A stretch of 64,000 nucleotides of DNA from a virus (IMGVR_UViG_3300013383_000027:19008-83007); one strand, 5' to 3'. Counted from the first letter of the stretch, positions 47,024-56,836 are shown. Notes: generated by a model not told the origin, from the sequence alone. Numbers and translations: made by a program.

Positions 47024-47443
47024 ATGGAAACTGTAAAGAAAGAAATAACAGGCGTAAGGGATGTTCTTTCGTACAAGTCTGAACTTGATGAAGACGTAAA
47101 ACTGACAAAGCAGAACCTTCTCGAAAAATCCCTTATGGTTTCCGGCATCAGGACGAAATGGCTCGGATACTACTTCAACGAGAAATCCATCTTGGAAAGA
47201 ATCAAGAAGGGAAGAGAAAAGCTTCTAAGGGAACTGAACGGTTCTTCGCCCTCATATTCCGATCTGAAGATGAAATCAAATGACATTTTGACGAAAAAGG
47301 ACCCAAGGCTTCAAAAACTTGACGAACTCTTAAAGATTAACAGGGATAATGTAGATTTCATAGAGAGGGCGATGAACATACTTTCCGACATGATCTGGCA
47401 AATACGGACCAGTGTCGAACAGGTAAAGTTGGAGAGGATGTGA
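47024..47443 (+). CDS. uvsY: Recombination mediator UvsY-like, 139 aa
   Basis: Size, coiled-coil pattern and adjacency to uvsW as in T4. Confidence 0.7.
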   Translation: METVKKEITGVRDVLSYKSELDEDVKLTKQNLLEKSLMVSGIRTKWLGYYFNEKSILERIKKGREKLLRELNGSSPSYSDLKMKSNDILTKKDPRLQKLDELLKINRDNVDFIERAMNILSDMIWQIRTSVEQVKLERM

Positions 47444-47447
47444 TTGC

Positions 47448-49139
47448 ATGCAACCACAAAAAGTCTTGAGACCAATTTCGTCATACGAACGCTATGAAGA
47501 CCCGGCTGACACGGAAATATTCCCTCCGGGAAAGATATTCAGAATCTCGTATTCGATATGTGTCGGAAAGGCTCGGATCAGATGCCTAAACGAAAGGGAT
47601 CTTGAGGACATCAGACGGTGCTATTCGGAAGAGAACAAAAATGCGTTCTTCCTGAAGCTTCACGGATATGCTGTCAGCGGCAGGAATTACATGGTGAATC
47701 AGTTCGGATACTTCCCCATTGGATTCACGCTCGAAATCCTGAGGTATATCAAGCTAAGGTACGGGTCGCTTTCGCAGGTCGCATTTTCTGACGGTTTTCG
47801 CAGGCTTCTCGACGAACGCGTTGTTCCGCTGAAAAAAATGCTTGGTGAGGTGAAGCCAAAAGATTTCGATGTACTCTGTGTGAGTGATGACAGCGGAGTG
47901 AACGAACGTAACGAAAGTTCCGGCGAAAAGACGTTTGGGTTCAGGTCGTATCAGCGAGATGCCATACGAAATTTGCTTGTTGGTGGGTGGGGTCGCGGAA
48001 TCATCGAGGTCGGCACGTCCGGCGGAAAGACGTTCATCTTGTGCAACTTGATATACAACATCTGGAAGCAGATCAACAGAAACGCGAGGGTCCTTGTGCT
48101 TGTTCCGAACAAGCAACTCGTATACCAGATGCGCAACGATTTTCTCGAATATGGTCTTCGAGAGGATTGCATGACCATCTTCACCAGACACTCGAGGGGA
48201 GATTTGCCGTATGACGCCAGCAGGAACTTGATCATCGCAAACAGACAATATGTGTTCACGAATATGAAGCTCTTGCCGCCAATAGACGTTCTCGTGTGTG
48301 ACGAGGTTCATACGGCAACCGCAGAGAAGACCCAAAACTGCATACGTGCAATAGATCCGATACTGAAATTCGGATGTACGGGATCGATGCCGGGCGACAG
48401 GTTCGAGAGGTGGAAACTGAATGCCGAATTTGGCAATGTCGTGTACTCGAAACCGGTTGGAGAACTTCAGAGGGATGGTTTCGTTTCGAAGATGAAACTC
48501 ACCCAGATAAGCGTGGTCGACCCAAATGTGGACGGAAACCGGGATTTACTGTTCAACGTCTACTCTAGACGCAAGTACAGCCCAGACGAGAACGGGTATT
48601 CCGAGGTTGCGTTCAATGAGGCTCACGACGCCGAGCACGAATACTGCGAGAAGTACTATCGTGATCTATACAAACCGGTCATTGAATATGTTGGGAAATT
48701 CGAGTCAAACACCCTCCTGCTTTTCGGGAGGATTGAGATGGGCAAGAATCTGTCGGAACTTGCCCGTGAGCTTCTTCCCGAAAGGAAGGTTTATTACATA
48801 GACGGGAGCGTACCCGTCAAGAACAGGCTTGAGATCACGAACTGCATGGAGACAAGCGAAAGGAATGTTCTTTTTGCCGAATTCGCTACGTTTTCGACTG
48901 GTATTTCAGTAAAAAACCTTACGAATCTCGTGTTCATTGGCGATACGAAGTCTCTTGTCAGGTGCCTTCAGTCGATAGGTCGCACCCTTCGGTTGCACAA
49001 AGACAAAGACTACGCCAGAATAATAGACGTGTCCTTCAAGGACTTCAAGTACAGCCAGCGTCACCTGCGCGAGAGATTGATGATCTACCGGGAGCACTAC
49101 GGGAAGGTTCCGGATGAGAAACTAGTGTTCACGATCTGA
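47448..49139 (+). CDS. uvsW: UvsW-like SF2 DNA helicase
   Basis: RSYQ, GTSGGKT, DEVH, GCTGS, FSTGISVKNL and QSIGRTLR motifs. Confidence 0.92.
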   Translation: MQPQKVLRPISSYERYEDPADTEIFPPGKIFRISYSICVGKARIRCLNERDLEDIRRCYSEENKNAFFLKLHGYAVSGRNYMVNQFGYFPIGFTLEILRYIKLRYGSLSQVAFSDGFRRLLDERVVPLKKMLGEVKPKDFDVLCVSDDSGVNERNESSGEKTFGFRSYQRDAIRNLLVGGWGRGIIEVGTSGGKTFILCNLIYNIWKQINRNARVLVLVPNKQLVYQMRNDFLEYGLREDCMTIFTRHSRGDLPYDASRNLIIANRQYVFTNMKLLPPIDVLVCDEVHTATAEKTQNCIRAIDPILKFGCTGSMPGDRFERWKLNAEFGNVVYSKPVGELQRDGFVSKMKLTQISVVDPNVDGNRDLLFNVYSRRKYSPDENGYSEVAFNEAHDAEHEYCEKYYRDLYKPVIEYVGKFESNTLLLFGRIEMGKNLSELARELLPERKVYYIDGSVPVKNRLEITNCMETSERNVLFAEFATFSTGISVKNLTNLVFIGDTKSLVRCLQSIGRTLRLHKDKDYARIIDVSFKDFKYSQRHLRERLMIYREHYGKVPDEKLVFTI

Positions 49140-49143
49140 ATCC

Positions 49144-49176
49144 AAAAAGAAACGGACAGCCGATGGCTGTCCGTGA
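49144..49176. terminator. Hairpin between convergent uvsW and the acidic gene
   Basis: ACGGACAGCC-GAT-GGCTGTCCGT. Confidence 0.7.
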
Positions 49177-49201
49177 TTCTTAAACAGGAACTCTGTTTTC
49201 C

Positions 49202-50041
49202 TCAGTCGCGGACAAACAATTTTTTGTTGGCTGCGACAAACGCACTGATGTTCTTAATCGACTCTTGGAGCTGCTTGCCCTCGTCGTCTTCTTCCGTTTC
49301 AGGTTTCTCTTCCTGCTTCTCCCCTTCGGAAGGCTTGACCTCAGAATCCTCCTGTTCGGACTTTTCAGCCTCGTCTAGATCAAGAACGTCAGACGCCGGG
49401 CGCGACGTCTTCTCTGACTCGCCATTCACTTCGTCGTCCTTCTTGGGACATTCCTCCGAATCGCGCTCTTTTTCATCTGATTCTGGCTCGTCACCCTCTG
49501 CCTCTTTCTCATCCTCGACTTTCTCCGTACTATCAACCTCGTCTTCGGTGAAAAGTTGCGAGGCTTTCATCACTTTGGACTCAGACTCGTCCGCCTTCTC
49601 GGAATCGTCCTTCTTCTCCACGTCGTCGGTTTTTTCGTCTTCTGGATTATCTTTCTCTGGCTCATCATCGACAGAACCCTCATCTTTCTTTGGTTCCGCG
49701 CCGTCGTCAGACTCTGTCACATCATCCCTTGTAGGGATTTCCTCGTCCTCTTCAGCCCCCACACCATCATCTTTTTCCTCGTCAGAGCCCTTTCCGAAGA
49801 ATTCCTCGGCTGTCAGAAACTTGTCGTCCTTCTTTGGAGCCTTCTTCTCGTCTTCGACCTCATCGTCACCCTCTGAGAACTCGACTTTCGTTATGTCGTC
49901 AGCGGCGGCGTCCTCTTTCTTTTCACCATCCTCCACGTCGGCATCCTTCTCTCCACATAGAGATTCATAAATAGCCGTTAGCTTCGTGTTTTCCTTTTTG
50001 ATGGCTTCCTTATACTCTTTCAGTATGTCAAGGTATTTCAT
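49202..50041 (-). CDS. Highly acidic low-complexity late protein (possible scaffold/internal head protein), 279 aa
   Basis: D/E/K-rich; GTAAATA upstream; no TAG. Confidence 0.65.
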   Translation of the reverse strand: MKYLDILKEYKEAIKKENTKLTAIYESLCGEKDADVEDGEKKEDAAADDITKVEFSEGDDEVEDEKKAPKKDDKFLTAEEFFGKGSDEEKDDGVGAEEDEEIPTRDDVTESDDGAEPKKDEGSVDDEPEKDNPEDEKTDDVEKKDDSEKADESESKVMKASQLFTEDEVDSTEKVEDEKEAEGDEPESDEKERDSEECPKKDDEVNGESEKTSRPASDVLDLDEAEKSEQEDSEVKPSEGEKQEEKPETEEDDEGKQLQESIKNISAFVAANKKLFVRD

Positions 50042-50084
50042 ATTCAAATTCCTCGGTAGAATTCCTGTTAACGATATTTACAAA

Positions 50085-50091
50085 AAACATG
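50085..50091 (-). promoter_or_regulatory. Late-promoter motif GTAAATA (no mini-element)
   Basis: Upstream of the acidic protein gene. Confidence 0.6.
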
Positions 50092-50099
50092 TGAAAAGG

Positions 50100-51761
50100 T
50101 CAACAAAGCTTGAACATCTTCCTGTTCCTGTTTCCAAGACGGCAGTAAAGATGGTCGTTCAGGGACATCAGAACCGTATTGGATTCCCTGAACTTATAGT
50201 AGAAATCACCGCTTGTGTTGTTGTCTCTTCTGTTGTATGTTGTGTCGACAAGGCTGTTCAGACAATATTCGACCTCGTCCTGAGTCATGCTGTCGTCTTC
50301 ACATATTTTCTATGAAACATTGTCGAAATTCACAAAATACAGGGCATTATCGGTAGATTTGATATATTGAAGACCCGTCTGAACATAGTTTTCCTAAATT
50401 GGTTTCTCCGGTTCCGTGCATGTTATCTTGTGTCCGTTCTTTCTCGAATCGACGAAAACAAGATCATATCCATCCGTTCCAAGCCTTGAACCATCACCGA
50501 ACTCGTGTATTAGAATCAACGAACCGTCATCAACAAATTCGTAAGCGTGCCCGTCGGGGCGGTAATCCTTCTCCGCTGCACCCTTGTCGTGTGTCTCGTA
50601 CTTCCTCTCGTACCCTCCGTAGACGGCGTCGTTTGCGTTTTCGTCGTATTGCCCAATCTGCCTTGCGATGATTTCGTCCGAATTGTTCAGGAAGTCGATT
50701 CCTTCGTTCCACCTTTCGTTGGATTCGTTAATTTCCGGGAATTGCTCCCCCGAGTTGATGTACCTTCTTGCCTTGCACTTCCACACGTACCTGTGGAGAA
50801 GCGGGTTTATTCCATCAGAAGCAAGGTTCTTGTCGTTGCAGTCGGTTATCTCGAACTGCTGCCTGTTTGTCTCGTCCGGGAAGTCTATCGTAACTATGTC
50901 CCCGACATCTGGATGTATCATGTCGAGATATTTCCCCACCTTCGTTAGGTCGTGGAACAGGACTGCACCGTGGAGCCTTCCGTGAAGGACAAACCTTTCC
51001 CGCCTACCGTCGTCAACTCTGCTGACATGGTACGTAAGGAACAGTACCTGATCGACAAACTCGTGTGTGCCAAAACTGTGCAGGAATGACTTGTATATTG
51101 TGTCGTTCACGGGGAACTTCAGGTTTACATCTCCGTGTTCGTATGGATGGCACATGACGGTGTACTCTTTGTCGAGTTCGTATGGATCGAGTTTTGCCGC
51201 AAATCTTCCGCTCAATATGTCACTTTCATATTTCGTCGGAACACCATAACCGATTCCATATGGGAATATGTCATCCGAGAGATACGAGCGTTTCGTCTGA
51301 CCGTTAACCTCGTATTCGACATAGTCGGAAATTACCGCAGGAACATCCATCAGGAACGTCTGCTCTTTTATCGGATATTCCCTCAACTGTCCCATCTTCC
51401 ACGCCAGCTCGCACGCGAAGTCCCTCGTGTCGAAATAGAAGTTTACGTCCATGTTTGGCATCGCACCGTACTTCTGCAACTGGATTATGTCCTGTTCGAC
51501 CTCCATGTATGTCACCATGTCCGCCGAAATCGAATAGTCTGGGTTTGAATCCTCTCCATATGCGTGTAGAAGTAGCTGGTTCTCGTCAAGGGTTGTCTTG
51601 AACTACTCAAGATACGGTACTTTCAGCTTGTAATAGTTGCAGTCTATTCCGTATTGCCTGAGAATATCACGATAGTAGTTCCCGACCATCTTGGCTTCTT
51701 CCTCAAGATGCTGCCGTTTCATGTATCGTATTTCGCTTACCTTAGACTACTTTACTGACAT
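50100..51761 (-). CDS. Neck protein, T4 gp14-like, 553 aa (4 TAG, first at codon 5)
   Basis: YGIDCNYYKL..HAYGED..DMVTYME and PDVGDIVTIDF..FEIT motifs once TAG is read through. Confidence 0.75.
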
Positions 51762-51769
51762 GGTTGAAA

Positions 51770-51776
51770 TATTTAC
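51770..51776 (-). promoter_or_regulatory. Late-promoter motif GTAAATA
   Basis: 8 nt upstream of the gp14-like ATG. Confidence 0.65.
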
Positions 51777-51827
51777 AATAAAATTAACGAGAAAGATGCC
51801 ATGTCTTCAGCATGGCATAGAGTTCAC
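51777..51827 (+). mobile_element. 51-bp mini-element
   Basis: TTTAC|AATAAAATTAACGAGAAAG-ATGCCATG-TCTTCAG-CATGGCAT-AGAGTTCAC. Confidence 0.85.
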
Positions 51828-51838
51828 GATTTTTTTTG

Positions 51839-51867
51839 TTGACTTTTAGTCCTAAAAATGTTATTAT
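51839..51867 (+). promoter_or_regulatory. Sigma70-like promoter of the lipoprotein gene
   Basis: TTGACT-N17-TATTAT. Confidence 0.65.
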
Positions 51868-51890
51868 GGTGTTATAAAAAGGAAATAATC

Positions 51891-52430
51891 ATGAATAAAA
51901 CTATTATTCTTGGGGCTTTTGCGATTGCAGCGTCAGTCGTTACCGGGTGTAAGACAACCACACCACCCTCAACCGAGTCTGTTGTCAGGCTCGGCACAAC
52001 CGTCGGATACACGACGGCATACATCATCAATACGCAGAAGAGTATTGATGATGACACGCGAAATGCGATTGTCGGTGTTGTCACAAAGCTGAACAGCATT
52101 GTTCCCGAAACGAACGAGACATTCTCCGTCAAGTGGACTCCGGCCGCCAAGGAGATGGTTGACGCATATCGTGACAAAAACGGAAATCCTATTCCAGAAT
52201 CAACGAAAGCGCTTGTCCTTAATGTGTTCGAGTATGTTGTAAACGTTCTCGATTTCTATGTCGACAAGAAGGGATATCGCCAATACCAGGATGTTGTTTC
52301 CGTCTGGTCGAACTCTTTCTGTGATTCCTTCCTTTCGGCATTCAAGAAATCAGAGGCTCTTGTGGCAACACGCAAGAACACAGATTTCGATCAGGAAATT
52401 TATGAGGAAATTTTGACGTTGAAACGCTGA
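51891..52430 (+). CDS. Lipoprotein (signal peptide with VTGC lipobox), 179 aa
   Basis: MNKTIILGAFAIAASVVTG-C; sigma70-like promoter upstream. Confidence 0.75.
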   Translation: MNKTIILGAFAIAASVVTGCKTTTPPSTESVVRLGTTVGYTTAYIINTQKSIDDDTRNAIVGVVTKLNSIVPETNETFSVKWTPAAKEMVDAYRDKNGNPIPESTKALVLNVFEYVVNVLDFYVDKKGYRQYQDVVSVWSNSFCDSFLSAFKKSEALVATRKNTDFDQEIYEEILTLKR

Positions 52431-52448
52431 TAAATGGTGTGTGTAGTC

Positions 52449-52476
52449 AAAGACCGGGTTCTGCCCGGTCTTTTTT
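52449..52476. terminator. Bidirectional terminator between the lipoprotein and YiiX-like genes
   Basis: AAAGACCGGG-TTCTG-CCCGGTCTTTTTT. Confidence 0.75.
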
Positions 52477-53092
52477 ATTTTCTGAAGTCGACGTCACACA
52501 GTGGATTATACTGGAAAACGCAATCGAAGTCCGGGGAATCGAAAAATGACTCTGCAAGAAACACGTTATCTTTCTTGATCAACCCAAACATTTTCCTTAT
52601 TGTTTTTCCTTCAATTTTCAGGCTTCTGTAGCATTCTCCGCACAGTTCAAAACAGTACAGGGAAGACACATCTCTCTCAAACCCGAAATCGTATGGAGTC
52701 TTGTTTTTCAGGAACCTCTTGGCACAAGCAATAGCTTTTCTCTGACCCTTTTTGGGACGGAGAATGGCAATCCTGTCGCAACGCGTGAAATCGACTACAT
52801 CGATTTTCGAGACGCCCTTGGCGACAGCGTGTATTATTTGGTTGTTCCCTACAAATACCGCTCCGTGTGACCATCCGGATTTCGAGGGTACGAATTTCCC
52901 GTCAAGATAATGTCTGAACCCCCTCAATATAACATCTCCCGGTTTCAGCACCTCTATTATCTCAAGGGTCTTCTCCCCTGTCACCTAGAAGTCATCTGGA
53001 TCGTAGACGAGGAAAAACGGAAACCTGAAACACTTGATGTCCCCGAGAACGGTCAGAAACTTAGACCAAACCTTATATAGTAGTCGCTTCAT
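52475..53092 (-). CDS. YiiX/YebB-like permuted papain-fold (NlpC/P60) enzyme, 205 aa (TAG at codon 36)
   Basis: LKPGDVIL, WSHGAVFVG, PYDFGF and LYCFELC motifs. Confidence 0.8.
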
Positions 53093-53228
53093 GCCACACC
53101 CCAAGTTTCTTCAAAATCGCCACGGCAAGCTCCTTCGTCAGGTACTTCACCCACTCCCATATTGTCTTTTTCTGTTCCGATGTGAGCCGACTCGGCTCAA
53201 CACCCCTGTTTTCATGATTCGTTTCCAT
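53073..53228 (-). CDS. Small 51 aa protein METNHENRG..WEWVKYLTKELAVAILKKLGVW
   Basis: Fills the gap within the operon; below the track cutoff. Confidence 0.5.
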   Translation of the reverse strand: METNHENRGVEPSRLTSEQKKTIWEWVKYLTKELAVAILKKLGVWHEATTI

Positions 53229-53232
53229 TGTT

Positions 53233-53943
53233 TTAAACCCTCAAGTTTTCGAGATATGCGACGTACATTAGTTCCTTTAGATAGTCACACCATTTCATCA
53301 TGGCAAATCCCTTCGCCCCGAACGACTTTCCCCATTGGTTTAGGATGTATACATATTCTCCATCATAACCACACAGGTTTACCGCATGACCACCAAGGTT
53401 GTCGTCCCCATGTTCGATTACCACATTGCACTCATTGCAGTCATACCATCTGGACGTAATGCTGAAACCGGCCTATATGATGTCGTGTTTGTGGATCAGG
53501 TGTTTTGTCATCTCGATTGTATTGTCGTCCTTCTGGTTGAAGAATGTCCTTATCTCGGCATCCTTCAGGAAATCGAACCCGTCAACATTCTTGCAGAGCT
53601 AAAGGACGGATTTAAGCGATTCCTCGAGATATGTTCCCTCCATTTCGACCTCTCCGTCGAGCATTTTCGCAAGCGCGTAGACCTGGTGTGAGTCAAATTG
53701 AAGAAGTTTTCCGGTTGATTTCCAGTACAGCGATTCCACAAGCGTACACGCAGAATAACCGGCACAGTGCGGAGTGTCACCCTGTTGATCCGTCGGAGCG
53801 CACAGCTGGCGGTTGTCTATCCTGAGTGGATTCACGATTCCTGTTATGTCTATGGTGGTTCCGTCATTTTTGCCGATCTTGTAATAGTCCGAAACGATTC
53901 GGGTGTCTCCCTTGTATGCATCTATGAAATCCCTGTTGTCCAT
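53233..53943 (-). CDS. Papain-family (C1A) cysteine peptidase, 236 aa (TAG at 53599 and 53473)
   Basis: DQQGDTPHCAGY (Gln, Cys), GGHAVNLCGYD (His), LNQWGKSFG (Asn); SD GGAGG before ATG 53943. Confidence 0.85.
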
Positions 53944-53945
53944 TT

Positions 53946-54128
53946 TCACCTCCTGGTCGTTCTGTTTGTCGGGAACAGGAAGTCCTCCCACACGTAATTT
54001 TCATCCGAAAAGTAAAACGGAGATGTCACCACTGTTCTACGTGGAACATTCCTGTTGAATTTGTCCGATGTACAACCGGACAGCGCAAGAAACGCAAGCG
54101 AAACCGCCAATAGCCTCACGATACGCAT
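53946..54128 (-). CDS. Small lipoprotein (LSGC lipobox), 60 aa
   Basis: MRIVRLLAVSLAFLALSG-C; SD GAGG. Confidence 0.7.
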   Translation of the reverse strand: MRIVRLLAVSLAFLALSGCTSDKFNRNVPRRTVVTSPFYFSDENYVWEDFLFPTNRTTRR

Positions 54129-54137
54129 TGTTCATCC

Positions 54138-54623
54138 TCAACGGTTAAGGTGTGCTCCAACTCTTGTCGCAAGAAGAAGTGTCTTCAGGTTGTTCAGGTG
54201 CTCGACCTCGTCGTAGTACATTTCTATTACTAACTGCTTGACCACTTGTGGAACATCTTCATCGTTCAATACCCCTGCGTATGATTCAATAGCAAGGTTC
54301 TCCAACTCTATCGCAATACCAATGCAGTAATCCGCGTCCCCACCTCTTTTGAATTTCATCAGCTTGACTGCACGTTCGTCAGCCACTTTTGCATATTCGT
54401 CAAATCGGCATGGTATCTCAATGTCATTCGAAATCGCGAAATTGACGAGTTTCGCGAAATGATCGAGATACTCTTCGTCTGCATTAGAATGGAACATTCT
54501 CGCAATCGTTTCCCTTGAGTCGGATGAACACGAAATTACGAGAGAACGGTAGAGTTCGGTAGCAATCCACTCCTCGGAAATTAGTTTCCCGATGATTTTT
54601 TGAACCTTCTTTTCTGCTTCCAC
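54138..54623 (-). CDS. Ferritin/bacterioferritin-like diiron four-helix protein, about 161 aa (GTG start assumed)
   Basis: EEWIATELY, DEEYLDH, ELENLAIESY and DEVEH fit the ferritin E/ExxH pattern. Confidence 0.75.
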   Translation of the reverse strand: MEAEKKVQKIIGKLISEEWIATELYRSLVISCSSDSRETIARMFHSNADEEYLDHFAKLVNFAISNDIEIPCRFDEYAKVADERAVKLMKFKRGGDADYCIGIAIELENLAIESYAGVLNDEDVPQVVKQLVIEMYYDEVEHLNNLKTLLLATRVGAHLNR

Positions 54624-54625
54624 TT

Positions 54626-54850
54626 TCAGTTTTCCTTTACATTTTTCAAAACTCTTGACAGCGTTCTGTTCGAGAGAACCCAAACGGACTCACCCTCTTC
54701 CAGTTTAATACCGTCGACAGCTCTCCTGATCTGGTTCGTGCACATATAATGCCCTTCCCACGGCTTTGTCGTTTCCACCCTCGGCTCAATCGTGAATGAA
54801 ATGCATCCCGGGATAGCGATCATCAGCATTACGAAGATCAAATCTCGCAT
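54626..54850 (-). CDS. Small lipoprotein, o-spanin-like, 74 aa
   Basis: Lipobox IPGC; coupled (TAATG) to an upstream N-terminal TM protein. Confidence 0.55.
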   Translation of the reverse strand: MRDLIFVMLMIAIPGCISFTIEPRVETTKPWEGHYMCTNQIRRAVDGIKLEEGESVWVLSNRTLSRVLKNVKEN

Positions 54851-55068
54851 TATTCCCTCCTAAGGTCAAGCAGGTCGTCAAGGTTTCCGTTGTTGCACAC
54901 TCCGTCAACACGTCCGTTGAACTCCTCCGTTTTCTTTTCTTTTTTCCCCTGAATCTGGTCTTTTTTCACCATTATCATAAATTTGAGAAACTAGGAGACA
55001 AGTGAGACGAGTTGTGTCAGGAACCCCATCCCAACAGCCTTGACAACACCAAGTATGGTCGACCACAT
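54850..55068 (-). CDS. Inner-membrane i-spanin-like protein, 72 aa (TAG at codon 26)
   Basis: MWSTILGVVKAVGMGFLTQLVSLVS(Q)FLKFMIMV followed by a charged helix; not in the track; ATG 6 nt after GTAAATA. Confidence 0.55.
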
Positions 55069-55074
55069 GATTTC

Positions 55075-55081
55075 TATTTAC
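55075..55081 (-). promoter_or_regulatory. Late-promoter motif GTAAATA
   Basis: 6 nt upstream of ATG 55068. Confidence 0.65.
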
Positions 55082-55132
55082 AGAAAATTTGACGAGAAAG
55101 ATGCCAGGCTGAAGACCTGGCATAGAATTCAC
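55082..55132 (+). mobile_element. 51-bp mini-element with an inverted hairpin loop
   Basis: TTTAC|AGAAAATTTGACGAGAAAG-ATGCCAGG-CTGAAGA-CCTGGCAT-AGAATTCAC. Confidence 0.85.
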
Positions 55133-55210
55133 GGTTTTTTTTTGGTTTTTCCGTGAAAATGTCGGTAGAATACTCTTCATGTACTTCAATTGAATTCCGA
55201 GGAAACAAAA

Positions 55211-56836
55211 ATGGAAAAAATAGTCAATTACGGTGAAGAAGTGAATCAGAAGTTCCTGACAGGTGTCGCTAAGCTTTCAAGGGTCGTTGGCTCTACGCTT
55301 GGTGCCCGTGGAAGGAATGTCGCAATCGAGACGTCGCGCGGCGTCCATTGCACGAAGGACGGAATAACGGTGGCATCGTACTTTACACTCAAAGATCCCG
55401 TCGAAAACATGGGCGCAAACCTCGTACGAGAGGCTTCCGCAAAGACGAATTCCGAGTGTGGCGACGGATCCACGGGATCAATCATCCTCACAGAGGCAAT
55501 TTTCAAGAACGGTCTTAAGCACATCTCGCTTGGTGCAAATCCGGTTCAGGTCAAGAACGGAATAGACAAGGCTGCCAAGAAAGTCATCGAGTACGTCAAG
55601 TCGAAAGCTATTCCAATTTCAACCAAGGAGGAAATCAAGCAGGTCGCAAAGGTCTCGGCGAACGGTGACGACGAAATCGCCGAGGTTATCGCAGACATCT
55701 TCCAGAAAATCGGAAAGAACGGAACAATCCGGGTCGAGGACGGATCGTCTTCAATGGATTCGAAGGTTGTCGAGGGTATGGTATTCGAGGATCGCGGCTA
55801 CGTTTCCCCGTATTTTGCCAACAACGAGGCTCTTGAGTGCTACATGGACAACCCATATCTTCTCATAACGGATAAGCGTCTGTCCAACATAAACGATCTG
55901 ATACCGATTCTTCAACAGGTCTCAAAGACGGGTCGTCCGCTTCTCGTGATAGGAGAGGATATCGAGGGCGACGTTCTCTCAACCCTTGTCCTCAACAGGC
56001 TTCGCGGCGGCTTGACAATCTGTGCAATCAAGGCTCCGTCGTACGGCGACTACCGCAAAGGAATCCTCAACGACCTCGCCATCATCACAGGAGGACAGCT
56101 CGTCTCCGAAGATACCGGCATCAACCTTCAGGAGGTTACCCTTGAAAATGGCATACTTGGTCAGGCAAAGACGATTACCGTTACGAAAACCTCGACAGCC
56201 ATTATCGGAGGAAAGGGTGACAAGAGCAAGATCGATGAGCTTGTCGAGAAACTTTCCACCGAAATTGAGAACACGAAGGACGAATTTCAGGTCAAGAAGC
56301 TTCGCGAACGCCTGGCCAAGGTATCTGGTGGAATAGGGATCATCATGTGCGGAGCGCCAACTGAATCGGAACTCAAGGAGAAGAAGGACAGGGTTGATGA
56401 CGCGTTCAATTCCGCAAAGAACTCGATCCGTTCTGGCGTGGTGGCCGGCGGTGGAGTGACACTCCTTTCCGCACAGCGGGTTCTTGACCGTGCGTTTTCC
56501 GAAAACAACCTCCAGGGTGACGAGGGCATTGGCGTTGCAATTCTCCGCAAGTCGCTCGACGCGCCGATCCGTAGGATTCTCGACAACGCCGGTGAGAAGA
56601 CCGATCTAATCGTTTCAAAACTCACGGAAGAGACCACCAAGGAGGGTACGGGTTACGATGTGATTTCAAAGGAATATGTGGACATGGTCGGCTCCGGGAT
56701 AGTTGATCCGGCTGAGGTCATCATATCCGAAGTCAAGAATGCGTCTTCGATAGCAGGGCTGATGTTAACGACCGACGCATCTATTGTGTCGGCGGAGGAA
56801 AAAGACGACAAGGAACCCCCTGTTCCGCAGATGTGA
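55211..56836 (+). CDS. groEL: Phage-encoded GroEL-like chaperonin, 541 aa
   Basis: TKDGITVA, ENMGA, GDGSTG, KAPSYGDYRK, ERLAK and GGGVTL motifs; no GGM tail. Confidence 0.95.
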   Translation: MEKIVNYGEEVNQKFLTGVAKLSRVVGSTLGARGRNVAIETSRGVHCTKDGITVASYFTLKDPVENMGANLVREASAKTNSECGDGSTGSIILTEAIFKNGLKHISLGANPVQVKNGIDKAAKKVIEYVKSKAIPISTKEEIKQVAKVSANGDDEIAEVIADIFQKIGKNGTIRVEDGSSSMDSKVVEGMVFEDRGYVSPYFANNEALECYMDNPYLLITDKRLSNINDLIPILQQVSKTGRPLLVIGEDIEGDVLSTLVLNRLRGGLTICAIKAPSYGDYRKGILNDLAIITGGQLVSEDTGINLQEVTLENGILGQAKTITVTKTSTAIIGGKGDKSKIDELVEKLSTEIENTKDEFQVKKLRERLAKVSGGIGIIMCGAPTESELKEKKDRVDDAFNSAKNSIRSGVVAGGGVTLLSAQRVLDRAFSENNLQGDEGIGVAILRKSLDAPIRRILDNAGEKTDLIVSKLTEETTKEGTGYDVISKEYVDMVGSGIVDPAEVIISEVKNASSIAGLMLTTDASIVSAEEKDDKEPPVPQM

